Below, one piece after another: positions 51,498 through 64,000 of a DNA stretch of 64,000 nucleotides. The first letter of the stretch is position 1. Each line of letters begins with the position of its first letter. The position numbers and the translations under genes were made by a program. The notes below the pieces were generated by a model. It was not told where the DNA came from, made no database searches, and worked only from the letters and a program-made list of their open reading frames with translations. This DNA is from Lepidodermella squamata (taxonomy: Eukaryota > Animalia > Gastrotricha): the NCBI GenBank assembly GCA_047495785.1, contig JBLDXI010000042.1, positions 4,774,001-4,838,000 on the forward strand, read 5' to 3'.

Positions 51498-54249
51498 TTT
51501 TGGTGGTAGCAAACAGTGGTAGCAAATCGATCAGCTTATCATTTCTTCCGCCTTTTATCCAATGTTCATCGAGAATTTTTCAACTTGATAAAATTAACAT
51601 AAAATAATGTAAAAATTGCTGAAAAATAGAGAAATTATGAGGAATATGAGACATTATTTTAAATAAGATTAAACCTAGGTCTCAAAATTCAAAATTGTAT
51701 GAAAAATCGAAACTTTCGAATCGATTATAAGATCTCCGCAAAGAGAAAGTACAACATTTTATTGCATTCGGGTGAGCGACAATATAGCCGACGACAAACC
51801 AGCCCGCCATAAATTTGTTTGGCGAAGTTTATTACTATCAAATATGCGAAGCTGAGATACCTAATTAACAATTCAAATTATGATAAGTATTTTCGATTTT
51901 TAATTTTTTGGTAATTAATTTTTAGAAAATAATCGCATAATATAAGTAAATATATGCTAAAAAAAATCGAAAAATTGACTCATTTAACTGGGAATGCTGC
52001 TTTTTCTCTAATGAGGTTTCGATTTGGTAATTAAGACTTCGATGAAAAAACTTTTTGGAAAAAAATTGAAAAATTTCAGTAAAATGCAGAGTAAGAAATC
52101 GTAGGAAAAAAAACAATGCCCAGACAACAACAATAGCAAATAATTTGTGTAATTGAGACGGCGATGAGTCGCGCGGCTATTACATTCTATTTTTGACGGG
52201 GCTTTATTAGTGTAAACACAAAGCAAACCCCCAAGGGATAGTGTACTGACGGGCGCCTCATTGTATATTAAGGAATGAGTGCGCCGAGTTCTGAAATTCA
52301 AAGTGGCACAAAATCGATGGCGACCAGGCGGTTGACAGGCGCGAGTGGCCGCAGGTGGGGGCACAGGGTGACTGTACATAGTCATTTTTGGCCCCTTATT
52401 CCACAACACAAAACAAACGCGCATTAAAGGAAGCTATAAGCTCTTGCCGGCTGCCGATACTGATAGCAGCGATGTACATACTATGAGACTATAAAGTGAA
52501 AATAATAACTGGGAATATTATTAAGGCTGTTATAGTATTTGGGTTATTATAGGATTTTATGCGCATTTCTGTGCATGCGCAAGTAGCCGCGAACGTGGCC
52601 GCGCGCGCGTCCCGGCCTTATCGCGCGTCGCAGCCGCTTTATTACTATTCACGAGCCGACGCTGGCTGCGGCGACGCCGCACCTGAGCTACCGCTCACTT
52701 TTACTCAAGAACCTCATTTTTTTAATAGCTCCAATTAAACCCGGGCTATTCTAGGATATTTCTGTGAATAATCTGCGAAATTTCTCATCTCATAAATTCC
52801 TTAGAAGTGTCGAAATTCAGCAATTTTAGAGCTCATATAGAATCCATAATTCTTACATATTTTTAGAAAAGTGTGAAAAGCTGATACTAAAAGTGTATTC
52901 ATAGAATAAAACCCCGCTGAGAATCGGCTGCCTGAGAAGTGGCAATATAATTTAAAATGAATAAAAAAATTCGATTCCTAATCGCGTTTAAACGAGAAAC
53001 CGTCAAGAAACTTGGCTTCGAAGTTTGAATCTAATAATCTCATCAAATCCCACTTTTCGCTTGCTGGAGTCTACTATTTTCGTCGGATGGAACATTCAGA
53101 GAATCCAGGTTCTGAATGAAATTTCAAGTATTAGGATTCATTAGGAATGTTGGAAACATGAACAAATTCATGCTTCATGCTGGAACCGAGATGTTGTTTA
53201 GCGGTTCTTTAACTCTGAGAGTTGGTATATCGAATGGGCGTCGATTCGATCAGCTATCATCTTTCAGCCGCGGTGTGGTGCTATGATAACATGCGATGAG
53301 ATCGCCTGTGGATACTTTATAACATATAACATATTCCTTATTAAAGTTTAATGATAAGCGGCCTTTTTCGATCACAAATATGCTAAAATAACATTTATAT
53401 TATTTTACGCCGTGACGGGCGTTGATACTTCTCCTGCTTTACCTTACTTTTCATACTATAGCGGACTTCTGAATGCTGAGTTTTACGCATTGCTCTCAGG
53501 CATGGAATTCAAGTGAATTTAAACCACATTTTTGAATTCATTCGTCAAGGCTCGAGTCGACATAGAGGTTTCATAGGATTCATAGCAGCCACGGGAGCGG
53601 TGCTATGAAGAGAATATAACTATGGAATGCAAAATAATATGGAATTCAGATAATATTTTCTAAAATTATTCGAAATTATTTCCTCATTTCTTTCTCTCAA
53701 TCCATTTGCATGCATTCAATTTATTATTTTGTGTCGGTGCATTCGCACCTTTTCGTTCTTTGTGTGGTGAGAAAAAGATCAGATTTCCGTAAAAATGTGC
53801 GACTTTCGTAATATCTAACCTTCCAAATTGATAAGATTGTCGAGATTGAATCGTTTTCAAGCTGCAATTAGCAATTATATGCTCTGTGCCATGGAGATGG
53901 GACTTTTCTGTGCGGAAAAAGTTAAACTCGAAAAATCCACGAAATTGAAGGTATGAGTTTTGATCCCTGGCGAATGCGATTTTCAGATGCCTGCCTGTAG
54001 ACCTGAGTAAGAAATTGTGAACATCTCAATTTTCGATTTTGGATGGAGATGCGACTTTTTGCCGCACCAAAGACGATTTTCTTCTCGTTTTCTTCATATG
54101 ATGAACCACGTAATATCATGCTGTCGTTTTATCAGCTACAACTCTAATAATAAAAAAGCCTGCTTCCATTTTTCATTTGTATTTATTTTTGGTGTCGTAA
54201 ATTAGTGAAGCAACATGAAATACTGAACATGAAATTAAAAGCTTCTCAG

Positions 54250-55518
54250 TCAGTTGTCTTCAAAAATTACTGACCCGTCGGAGTCATCCAGATTATCGTT
54301 CATAAACAAGTCGAGAGCATTTCTTACAGATTCACTTGATGGACTGTGTAGGCAGGCCATAACGACTGCTGCTAACTCTTGGCTTACCGGGCCTATTCGA
54401 TGATTCACTTCAATCGTCAGTTTGCGACGAGAGTTGTATGTTTCCAAAAAATCTTCTTCCACACAAGCCATTTCACAAATTGTAGTTCCAAAACAGCACC
54501 AGTCCAGCTCGGCAGAACCTACATTGACGTTTACATCCAAACAATATTGCCTGGTTATCTCTACTATCGGTTCATTGAAATGAACAGCAGCGCCAAAGTC
54601 GACCAACACAGCTCCAACACAGTCAGTCTTGAGCATAATATTACCAGGTTTCAAATCAGCGAAACAAATCTGCTTGGAATGCAGATATTCAAGAGCATGC
54701 GCGCAATCGTTAGAAATGTCTGCAATCGCTTGAAGAGGCAAATGTGATTTTGTAACATCAGACCATTTAAAAATATACTGCTGAACACTTAGAGGATAGA
54801 ATGTCATTACGATTACACCAAGTTTCACAAGTTCTCCTGTTCCAGGGTCTTCGCGATCCATCGTGAACGCTCTAACAATTTGGACGATATTCGAATGTCT
54901 GCCAATTTGCAAAAGCATTTTCGAAACTCGTTTGTATTCTTCTCGATTCCGAAAGATTTTAGCAGCCATCGTCCTGCCACGTTCCGGGAACGTGTAAAGG
55001 AAGTAAGACTTCCACTGTGCGCCAGGTGTATCTATAAGATCGCCGAATAGAATGTGATGCTTTGAGACAGCTCTCGCATTCGTCGAGATATTGATAGCCC
55101 GGCGATACTGACGAAGGATACCTTCAGCCATTAATTTCGTCAGGCCCGGTGTCATAAGAGCAGTGAGATAGAGGACATAGTCTCATTTGATTGAAGTGAT
55201 CTCACTGCTTTTGAACCGGACGCCCAATCTTGTCAGTTTATCCTCAATTGTTTCATTCACTGCGAGAATGAGAAAAATTGAATACTGAGAAATGATGTAT
55301 CGATTTTGATTCGAGACAAAGCTGAGTACTCATCGTCGTAAAAATCAATGCTAAGAGACTAACCTGGTATGATTGGCAGTTCTTCTGCAGCATGCCGTTG
55401 GAGAAGATGCCCACAACTTCGGCATTTCGATGGAATTTCGTCCGTGAAGCAGCCTTTCTCTCCTCTTTGAATGTCGCATTTGTCATTTTTTTGTAACAAC
55501 GGATCAATTTCACAATCT
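54250..55518 (-). pseudogene. Divergent protein kinase gene with an in-frame TGA (or a kinase CDS starting at 55155)
   Basis: Kinase core 55155-54250: AAKIF, HSNIVQI, FADLKPGNIML, DFG. Upstream Cys/His-rich exon 55518-55364 splices in phase to 55259; the frame continues into the kinase except for TGA at 55185-55183. Confidence 0.65.
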
Positions 55519-55918
55519 CTGCAGAAGAGAGAGGTCATATTGGTAACAAGTCTATAAAACAGGACAGAAAAATAGAAAGAATCGAGTACAACCTTATCGA
55601 TAAGCGGTCAAATAGTGAGCAGACTAGTATCAAGCAGTTCTTACCTATTATTTAGTAGTATCCATCTATTCTTAATTTTTCAGCAAACACAAGAATTGAA
55701 ACCCAAGATATATTGAAGAACCCTATGCATTTATCAATTACCAAGCTGAATAATCATAATACTGTTAACCTATTAGAGAATATATTCAATGCACAAAACT
55801 CAGCGTTTCATCAGGACTTCGAGCTCCCTCTTTCGATAGAGCGACAGTCGACAGTGGAGCAAGTTGCTATCAAATCTATCGATAGGTATAACATTACAAT
55901 AGAATGACAAACGGGAAA

Positions 55919-55952
55919 GGAGAGAAAGGCGGCTTCATGGACGAAATTCCAT
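55919..55952 (+). repeat. Inverted 34-bp duplicate of part of the kinase upstream exon (55430-55463)
   Basis: GGAGAGAAAGGC(G/T)GCTTCA(T/C)GGACGAAATTCCAT, 32/34 identical, opposite orientation. Confidence 0.8.
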
Positions 55953-57854
55953 GTCGTTTGCGCTATAGCTACAACAGGATTCCAGTTTGCACATAGTCGT
56001 GACTTTCGTATACGACTGTGAGCTGCTTGTGGCTTGTGTGCTTCCCGTTTCTCCTATCTCTTTGGCAAGCACTTCGGGCAGTGTTCCCGAGTTATGGATG
56101 GATGGATTTATAAGCCCAATCGCCAGTTGCCCGACAATATTCTAGGGCATCAGTTGAGAGTAAAGCACCCGAGTCACCGCTGTGGCGATGTTTTACACGG
56201 GCCAAGTAGCACAAAAAGAGTAGAAAAATAAATTAGAAAAATAGATTACGGATCTAATGAAAAAACATCGAGTTGTTCTTTAGCGAATTCGACGACGTAG
56301 GCTGCTGTTGACGCGTGCTTTTTGAATGAATGAATGAGTTCTATTGTTAAAGCCCCAGACTCTAACATATTTCTTAAATGTTATTGAAATGACATGAGTT
56401 GAGAGGATATGATACAAAGTCTTGCAAGAATGTCTCACAATACAGTCACCACGCTAGTATATTTGAGTAGTTTGAATGAATCTATTTAACATGCTCTTAA
56501 GCTTGACTAAAATGTCTCTGTAGTAATTCAGCTAGGTCGGCGATAGCAGGCAGATTGTATTGGTGTCTCTCCTCGCATTCGCAGGCAATGTGTGCCGGGA
56601 TTTGCCAGAACAAGACCGGTTCGCCACACGAACGCGTGCTTTTTCAGTTAGCCATGCAAAAGAGGAAATTAAATAAAGCGCCTTTCGATTTTAAAAGTGT
56701 TTATAGTTGAAATTCGACAATAATTTTTAGCACTGATTTAATTCATAAACCAACTTTTTAATATTTCAAGTTACCTTTTCCATGGCAACGCTTTTGCGGG
56801 TAAATTAAGAACTCGAATGATGTCAAAAATCTCGCCGTAACTCGCTAGCGGCACAGCGGCCATTGACGGTAAATATTCTCACTGCATTACTGCAACCAAA
56901 TAAAATCAAAATGACCGCTTATGTGGCACTTTGTGCCGCTTTGCGAGCGAAATGTGTCGCCAAATTCAGGTTCTAGCTTCCAGTCGGGTCTGTCCAACAA
57001 TGGCGGTGCCTCCGTCATGCTCAGCTCCAGAGTTTGAACGAGGGGTTCCTGCCTACCCTTGATTTGTCGTCTTCAGCTCGATCAGATACGATCAATCATC
57101 GGCTTTCACTCGAAAAACTGGGTTTACCAGAATGCTTCGTCCATAAAATCGCTATCATGTATTATAATTGCCAGCAACGTCGTCGCAGGCTCTTATGAGT
57201 TGATGTGCGAGGCCAAACAAGGCGGGCCTTTATCACCTGTTTCATTCATCTAGTTTATTGGTGATTTTGTGAGTTGGTTATTTATGCTTTTCAACCCAGC
57301 ATCTTCACCTCATAGTCACTCAAAATTCATCAAATGAGCATTCTGAGTACCAATTAGTACTAGCAACGATCTGATCGATACAGAATTTCGTCTCATCTCA
57401 CCCTGCGAGGCGCGCTCCATCGCTGCTTTCAAGATGCTATTCAAAATTCACTCTGCCAGCGAGAGTAGTTTGCTTCACCATGCGCTAATCAATATGCGGA
57501 AATTTAAACCAACCATCCGAAATATCCTCGTCATAAGTCCGATGGAGCGGAAAGGTCAGGAATCAGTTGTTATATATTCCAAGCAAAGTGCGGGATCTAC
57601 GTTAAAATGGATCTATTGTAACAAGTATTACCTCTTTCCCTTGATACTTGATATTTTTACCGCCTTACCTTATCATTCCTCTAATGCTGACTGTCTAATG
57701 CTGGTTTGATGTATTGCTCTCGCGCAGGAAGCTTGAGTGAAAATAACTACTCGTTTGAATTTATTCGTCAAAACTGAGAGTCAATTAAACCGTCATTAAG
57801 TTTCGGATTCAGTCAATAAACGCAATGCTATGTCACAATCACTGTCAGCAGGAA

Positions 57855-60800
57855 TTACAGATTGCCATCGTAAAGTTCTTCGACCATGAGATACGAAGCC
57901 CCGCCAAGGGTGGCAGAGTACGTCTTGATGAAAACGCCCCAACCTGGGTCAACCCTGCCCATAGCCAGGCCAATGGTAACCGGTCCAGCTGCCAACGGCA
58001 TTTTGCAAACACCCTCAACTGGAAAAAGAAACACTTTTTACATAAACTAAGATGGCAGAGAAGCTCGGAGTTTGATATGATCATGGATCATAGCATTACT
58101 CTGCAGCTGTAGCTGTGAACTTACCGACTCTCGGAACGGCTCGGCAAATGCCATACGCCGGGCCGTTGAAGTACCACCAAGATTCGATACGGTAAGGCGT
58201 TGTGCAATCGGCTCCGTTGATGGTTACGTACCAACGAGGGGCTTCAGCGCCGTTGTTGCCGTTGACGCACATCTCCTGCATGCCGTACCATTTGATGTGC
58301 AGGGCCGACTTGTCTTGCAGCTTATTGTAGACACGCGTCTGTTGAACGTCAGTTAAAGATTTTAAAGCTCATAGGCCTCAAATATAGTAGTTCCAGCTCC
58401 TGCAACGAATACACTGAGTTTCTCCATATCTTATTAGCTTTTGAACAAGTTTTTAGGTCATTCAAGGTATACATTCGGACTTACGAATGTGACACCCTAT
58501 GTTCATCAAATTACTGCTAGTTCATAGTTCCTAAGTTCTTCCTCGAAATTTGCGATAGTTATAAAAGATTACGTACCGTGACAGAATTTAAGCATGCTGA
58601 TCCCGCAGCGGCCCTACATCCCTCCGTAATGGAATAATAGCGCCTGTTGTAGTAAGGTAGTTGCAAGACGGTACCGTCATCCATCAGCACTGTAACAAAA
58701 CCGAGTTTACCAAACTCTCGTGAGAAATTTATACACTTTAACTTACAAACGTTGATCGGTAGGTTCTCGTGAATCTCTTCAATGATCATGCCTGATGGCT
58801 TGCCTCGGCCGATATCCATCGCATCGCTGTAATTTCCGTCCGAGTAATACGCGCAGTTGTGATCCCACCAAACAGCTATGTCATACCTACCAGCTGGCAG
58901 GCCGCGGCACACTCCATCGACTACAGCCGAGTGACAAATAATCAAGCTACAAAGTAAGTTTGGTTATAGGCTTACGTTCGATTGTGTAACTGTAAGGTCC
59001 AATGCGATTGCCTCCAGTACCATACGTGATTTCGCGAATCACAGTCTCAATCGAGTAAGGATTAGTGCATAGTTGATCGTTGATAGTCACGTAAAGTCGC
59101 GTGCAACGGTTGTAATTGTTGATATAGACCGTGCTTTGCCAGTAAACTCGCAACAGCGAAGTGTCCGATCGCTTTTTGTACTTCCAAATTACCTGCAAAA
59201 TACAACATTTCCAAGTAATAAGTAGCTGAAAGTGCAACTGATGGAGAGAAATGCAGGGGATCGAAAGGTGCGGTTCGATTTTATAAGTGATGCAAGACGC
59301 AACACACTGAAAAATTTAATCGAAACGGCATAATGTTATCAAACCAAATTAAACACCGAATATTAACTAAAATTTCCCATGAAGTTCTATCAGTGGAATG
59401 CCTTATGAAGATCGCGGAGAAGCTCATTGTAGCTTCAATATTACAGAATTGAGTTTTCGGAAAATCATCTGTGCCTGAAATATAAGTTTAATCTTACCCA
59501 ATCAGTTCGCTGGCCAGCTAGCATGCCGTTGTAGGAAAAACCTTTACCCCATTGCTTAGCGAAAGTGTTGTAAACCTGTGGAAGTGGAGTTCAAATAGTG
59601 CAATCAACAAATGGGTAACAGACCGTAGCACTCTGGCAGCGAGCAGCATCATCTAGATTTCGCGCACAATATATCAGTTCAGAAGCCTATTTTACGAATT
59701 TTTCGGATTTCAATACCTAATTTGAAGAGATAGTCTGCTGGAATGTACTCTTCGACCCACATGAAATTATTAGCCTTAGAGTTGACGATGGCGCCACCTA
59801 TGTCTATGCCGTTACCGTGAGATTGACCAAACGCACGATAGTCATAGTAGAGCACGATGGGATATGTTCCCTTTGGAAAGTCACTCAATACACATGGGAA
59901 TTCGACATGAAAATTAATTCCGAATTGATCGCTGTTGTGCGCGTCCATGAATTCGTTGACCAAGACCCAGAACATATTGTCGTCGCCAGCACAATTCATC
60001 CCGTTTATGGTTACATATAGGTAACCTGAAAATAAGACATTTCAGGATAAAGCAATTTTAAATAGCACCTTATTCGATGCTGTCATCTTAATGTATTTAC
60101 CGTCGCGAACCGGGCAGCAGGTCCCTTGATTAAAGTGCGCCCAATAGGGAATGTTGATATGAACTCGCAAGTGTGTGAAGTCATGTTTTTTCGTGAAGCT
60201 CGAGCTCTGAACAATCATTTATACAGGCATCAATGAGGCAAGATACTCACCCAAACTGTGAACGGCATTGCGGTACTCTGGCGTGGGTTGATCGCTACTT
60301 CGTTTTGTATGAGGCTTACCCGTCGGGGAACATCGAAACATGACGCCATTTCTCCTGGAAAATTTGTATTCAAATCAATGCTTCAGATGGTAACATTGAT
60401 ATAGAGAGGGAATTTTACCAAAACCATACCTGCACAGTAAGCAGTATTATTCGGGCAGTCCTGAATGCAAACCGGGGAGATGGCATCAGCTGATGGCTGA
60501 GGCACAGCCGGGCAGAATGTGTCGCAGCTATCCACACCAGTAATCCTATCTATCACCCCATCTACAATTGACTGCGGGGCAATTAGGATGCCCGATGCAA
60601 GTGCGCCCTCGGATCGATCGAAGCCGATTGCCGTGTCCTTATTAGCTCTCAGAAGCCAGCATTCCCTGAGAGATGGGTTGAAGAAGGCTGATCTGCAAGG
60701 GGGCGATGAAGTAGCTAGACATCTAGTCTGGCACTGTTCGATGGAGCTAACAGTTCGGTTAAGCCCACCGATGACGTATAGATTCCAAGCGAGATCGTTC

Positions 60801-60916
60801 AGATCAACGTTCAGCGCGACTTCCTGAGCCGCAAAGTGATTTGTACACTGCCCTCGCATGATCAACTCGCATGATGCAAGGCTCAGCAAAAGTGAACTGA
60901 TAAGAAGTACTTTCAT
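57855..60916 (-). CDS. Secreted protein: signal peptide + PAN/apple domain + three CTHRC1-type C-terminal domains, 11 exons
   Basis: Exons 60916-60430, 60354-60251, 60206-60101, 60025-59717, 59652-59624, 59575-59498, 59192-58976, 58920-58747, 58689-58577, 58338-58125, 58018-57855, all in phase. Signal MKVLLISSLLLSLASC; PAN SIEQCQTRCL...CRSAFF...CWL; three repeats of (F/Y)xKxxDxS/TxLR/H...YVTIN(G/D)xxC...(M/W)xxEE. Confidence 0.8.
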
Positions 60917-61969
60917 GACTTCCTTCCTGTTCAAGAGGTTTCTCGAAATGATTATTCGATCTTAATGACTGCACGAGAAGTTTGACCTGCGTTCATAGCC
61001 AAAAAATATGACGCCTCCTAGTTGCTAGCGCGCCGGCACTTGAAAGGTGCTAACGAAATCATCAAAAATTCAATCGCACCCGCTGGCTGTCGCCTTTCTT
61101 TAAAAGTTACTTATAACTTTTTGTCTAGGCTGATCAACTATTCACGACGCTGAGTAAACACTCCGACGGCAATAATTATTGTCGCAGCCAAAAAACATTC
61201 TTGATTCCTTAGAAAAACAATAATGAAGGTCTTGTCTGTGTTGATGTAAAAGTTGGTTGTTTTAACCTGTTCATATCGCGGAATGGACATTTCTCGAAGA
61301 GACCTTCTTAGTTCAATCATTTTTGCTCCGATTCTGATAAATGTATTTCCTTGGATAGCCCTTGGAAAATACCATATTCCTGTGCATTCTCTTGCAAGTT
61401 GTAACAACTGAACTACTGAGTAACTGCAAATTTAACAATCGAAAATGACCGGTTTTGTTAAAGCCAAACGAAGGTAACATCGAATGTGAAAACGGCTGGT
61501 GAAAGTTACAAATAATAGTATCCGAAATTCAGGCACAGTCAAATAATGCTTCGCGAGTGCAAAAGTGAGAGGTGAAATTAGGCAGATCAGTGCAACTTCA
61601 CGATATATATAAAATTCCTGATTCCTGAACTTGGCATATCACAATTAGCATATCAAACATCATAAGCATATCACATGTCATTGTAATTGGGTTTCTCAAT
61701 GGCTTCTGGCTAGGGACGCTTCAAAGTATAGACGTTGCTTCTCTACAAAACTATGTGAATCAAAGAACTCATATGATCGGGAAGACATGCCGAATGGTAG
61801 CTAATGAAAACAAAACCAAGACAAATGCCGATAATATGATATGCCGCAGATATTTCACAGGTCGAATTACTCTGTCGAGGCGCTGAGCTAATTAACTAAG
61901 TCATTTATAAACTGGACGCCAGCCGCTACCAGCATCATTCTCTGACTTGATAACTCATCAACTATTATA

Positions 61970-64000
61970 ATGGATAAATCAACTATTTTTCCGTTAATAT
62001 TCTTCATTTTATCAAGCTATCTTGAATTGGCCGATACATTTGAAATTCCACTCAATATGACTAGTGCGGCAGAGCAGAATGTCTCTTTAGCCAGTCCAAT
62101 GCCCCAATATATCGCAGCAGCAAATTACTCTGAAAGTGCTGCTATAAACAAGACAATAGTCACAATAGTGGGATCTGTATCATACGCTGGTGAAATGCCA
62201 CTCGGTCCACTTGGTACGAAGACGATTGAACTAGCCCTCGACCGGCTGAAAACAGATAGTCAATGGAATGATCATGGGCAAGAGCTCGTGGTCGAAGCTT
62301 TCGATGACGAATGCGTAGATTCAACCAACATCGAACGCATTATTTCAGAGTTTCGGAGAAGCGAGGAAGTGCCAAACCGGCTGCCTATTGTCATAAGCAT
62401 GGGCTGTTCTGGGGTAGGGATGCGTACAGTCGCAGAGGTTTCGAAATTCTACAACTACGTTTCGGTAAGTTGCATCTAGATGTAACGCTTGACTGTTTCA
62501 ATCATCATTTCTTTGTACAGCTGTGCTACGCTCAGACGTTTCAAGAATGGCCCGAAAATAGGCACAGATTCTCAACGCATTTCCCCTTGGCCGATCGGTT
62601 TGATATGCAACATGTTGCAGTGGTTAAATTCATGGTTCAAATGCAGTGGCAGAAACTAGCAATATTGTCTGAATCTTACACTCTCTATGACCAGGTAAGA
62701 TACAAGTACTGTAATTTCTAGCCTTCCAAAATATTTTTTCATTTTAGTTGGGCAGCACTCTGTTTCCACGCTTGGAAGCAGCGAACATAAGCCTGATATG
62801 GCTGAGAAAGTTTTCCCATGCCGGAGTCTTCGAAGAGGAGATGGAGCCTGCCCTTGACGAGCTGAAGCCTCTGGACCCTAGAATAATTCTAATGGATGCT
62901 GATCGCTCGGCTGGAAAACTCTGTTGGATGCATCGGAAGGGACTGTTCGGTCCCAACCTCGTCATTTTCGTTTGGTATTGGTCTGATGTTTATCCGATTC
63001 CGTACGTACCAGACAATATGCTGGATTGGTGTACAGCCGACATGATTTACGAGGTCTGAACTCTATATTATAATTACTCAATGATACTAATGTCACACTT
63101 TCAATCAAAGGTAATGCAGAGCGTTCTATTTTTCGGTGACTCGTCACTAGTCAACATATATGGCCCAGACATTCAAGACTCGACAGGATTTTCAAACAGG
63201 CAATGGGAGGCAGATATGCACGCGAAAATCGATCGGCCGGAAGATGGCGGCTTTTATGGCCACTATCGCTACATTTACTACGACGTCGCGTTGTTTGCTG
63301 GTATGATACTTGGCGCTACTGAATCTGTACTTAGAGCCCGTAAGCCCCAGCGTTGAAATCACCTTTTTCATCAATGATCTTTCGCAATTTCTAGGGAACG
63401 ATACATTGTCTAAACGTTAAAGCTCGTGGCATTGAGAAAGATTTTCCCCCGGTTGATTCGAAGAAATGTTATGTATGTGAGCAAGGAGGATTGCGTTATT
63501 ACATTGGGATGCGCCCTAATGCTGTGCCAAGTGTTCACTCTGCCTATTGGTTCCTTGGAAACCCCTATTGAATGCACAATTATTGCGACATTAGTAGCAA
63601 TCGGCTTATCGGTTTTAAACCTTGGGTTTCTACTGAAAATCGACACTGGAAATACAGAATTAGTGGACCGAGAACCTCTCCGTCGCTCAGTTCGAAGCGG
63701 ACGTAGCGGACAAAGTGCACAAAGCCGAAAAAGCGCCCAAAGCATCGGCCGAGTCTCGATTAGACTAAGCAGGCTGAGCTCCAGAAAAGCAGTGTATGAT
63801 CTTCACTGGCGCAGAATTAGCTGCATTCACGTTGTCATTATTCAAGTACTCATCATTGTCAGTTTGTTCCTCGTCAAAACGCCGTTTGAAGTGATCCCAA
63901 CGCCAAGCGGTGTAGAGGTTGAATCTTTGAATTCTCAGATCAATCTCCAGTTTTTCTCAAGGAATTGCGCATTTTCTCTTGATAACAACCCAGCTGCCGA
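61970..64000 (+). pseudogene. GABA-B-like class C GPCR (Venus flytrap + 7TM), apparently internally deleted or frameshifted; runs off the window
   Basis: Signal peptide; exons 61970-62464, 62521-62694, 62748-63053, 63111-63339, 63395-. ANF-receptor motifs DDECV, GCSG, QMQWQKLAIL, DPRIILM, CWMHRKGLFGPNLVIF, YYDVA. Exon 5 stops after RNDTLSKR*, while another frame from 63414 encodes TM2-TM4-like segments (VITLGCALML...CTIIATLVAIGLSVLNLGFLLK). Confidence 0.7.

Noticed and set aside
55183-55185. In-frame TGA read as selenocysteine
   Set aside because: No SECIS-like AUGA/GA stem seen before the AATAAA near 54181-54186, and the codon is not in a redox-type motif.
56776-56789. X-box-like TTTTCCATGGCAAC
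   Set aside because: One mismatch at a conserved position and no gene start could be assigned nearby.

Overview
Intron-containing animal genomic DNA from an invertebrate with motile cilia; the taxon cannot be fixed from sequence alone. The ORF track only shows exon fragments, so I assembled genes by hand from GT-AG sites and reading phase. 0.9-20 kb is a very compact block (introns mostly 44-62 nt) whose genes strictly alternate in strand: PP2D1-like pseudophosphatase (+), SLC16/MCT transporter (-), ETFB (+), CFAP68/C11orf1 (-, absent from the ORF track), prohibitin PHB1 (+), CFAP126/Flattop (-), CFAP45 (+), then tensin (-). Three axonemal microtubule-inner-protein genes therefore lie within 8 kb. 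20.4-51.5 kb is one large tensin gene (C1-PTP-C2...SH2-PTB) with long AT-rich introns, candidate alternative first exons (one directly behind a canonical RFX X-box), a 5'-truncated RTE retroelement with target-site duplication, and two long hairpins in the 3' UTR. 54-64 kb holds a divergent kinase with an in-frame TGA, a secreted PAN/apple + 3x CTHRC1-C-domain protein, and a GABA-B-like class C GPCR that appears internally deleted. A pogo/Tc2-type non-autonomous DNA transposon sits just upstream of ETFB. I found no rRNA, tRNA or CRISPR.
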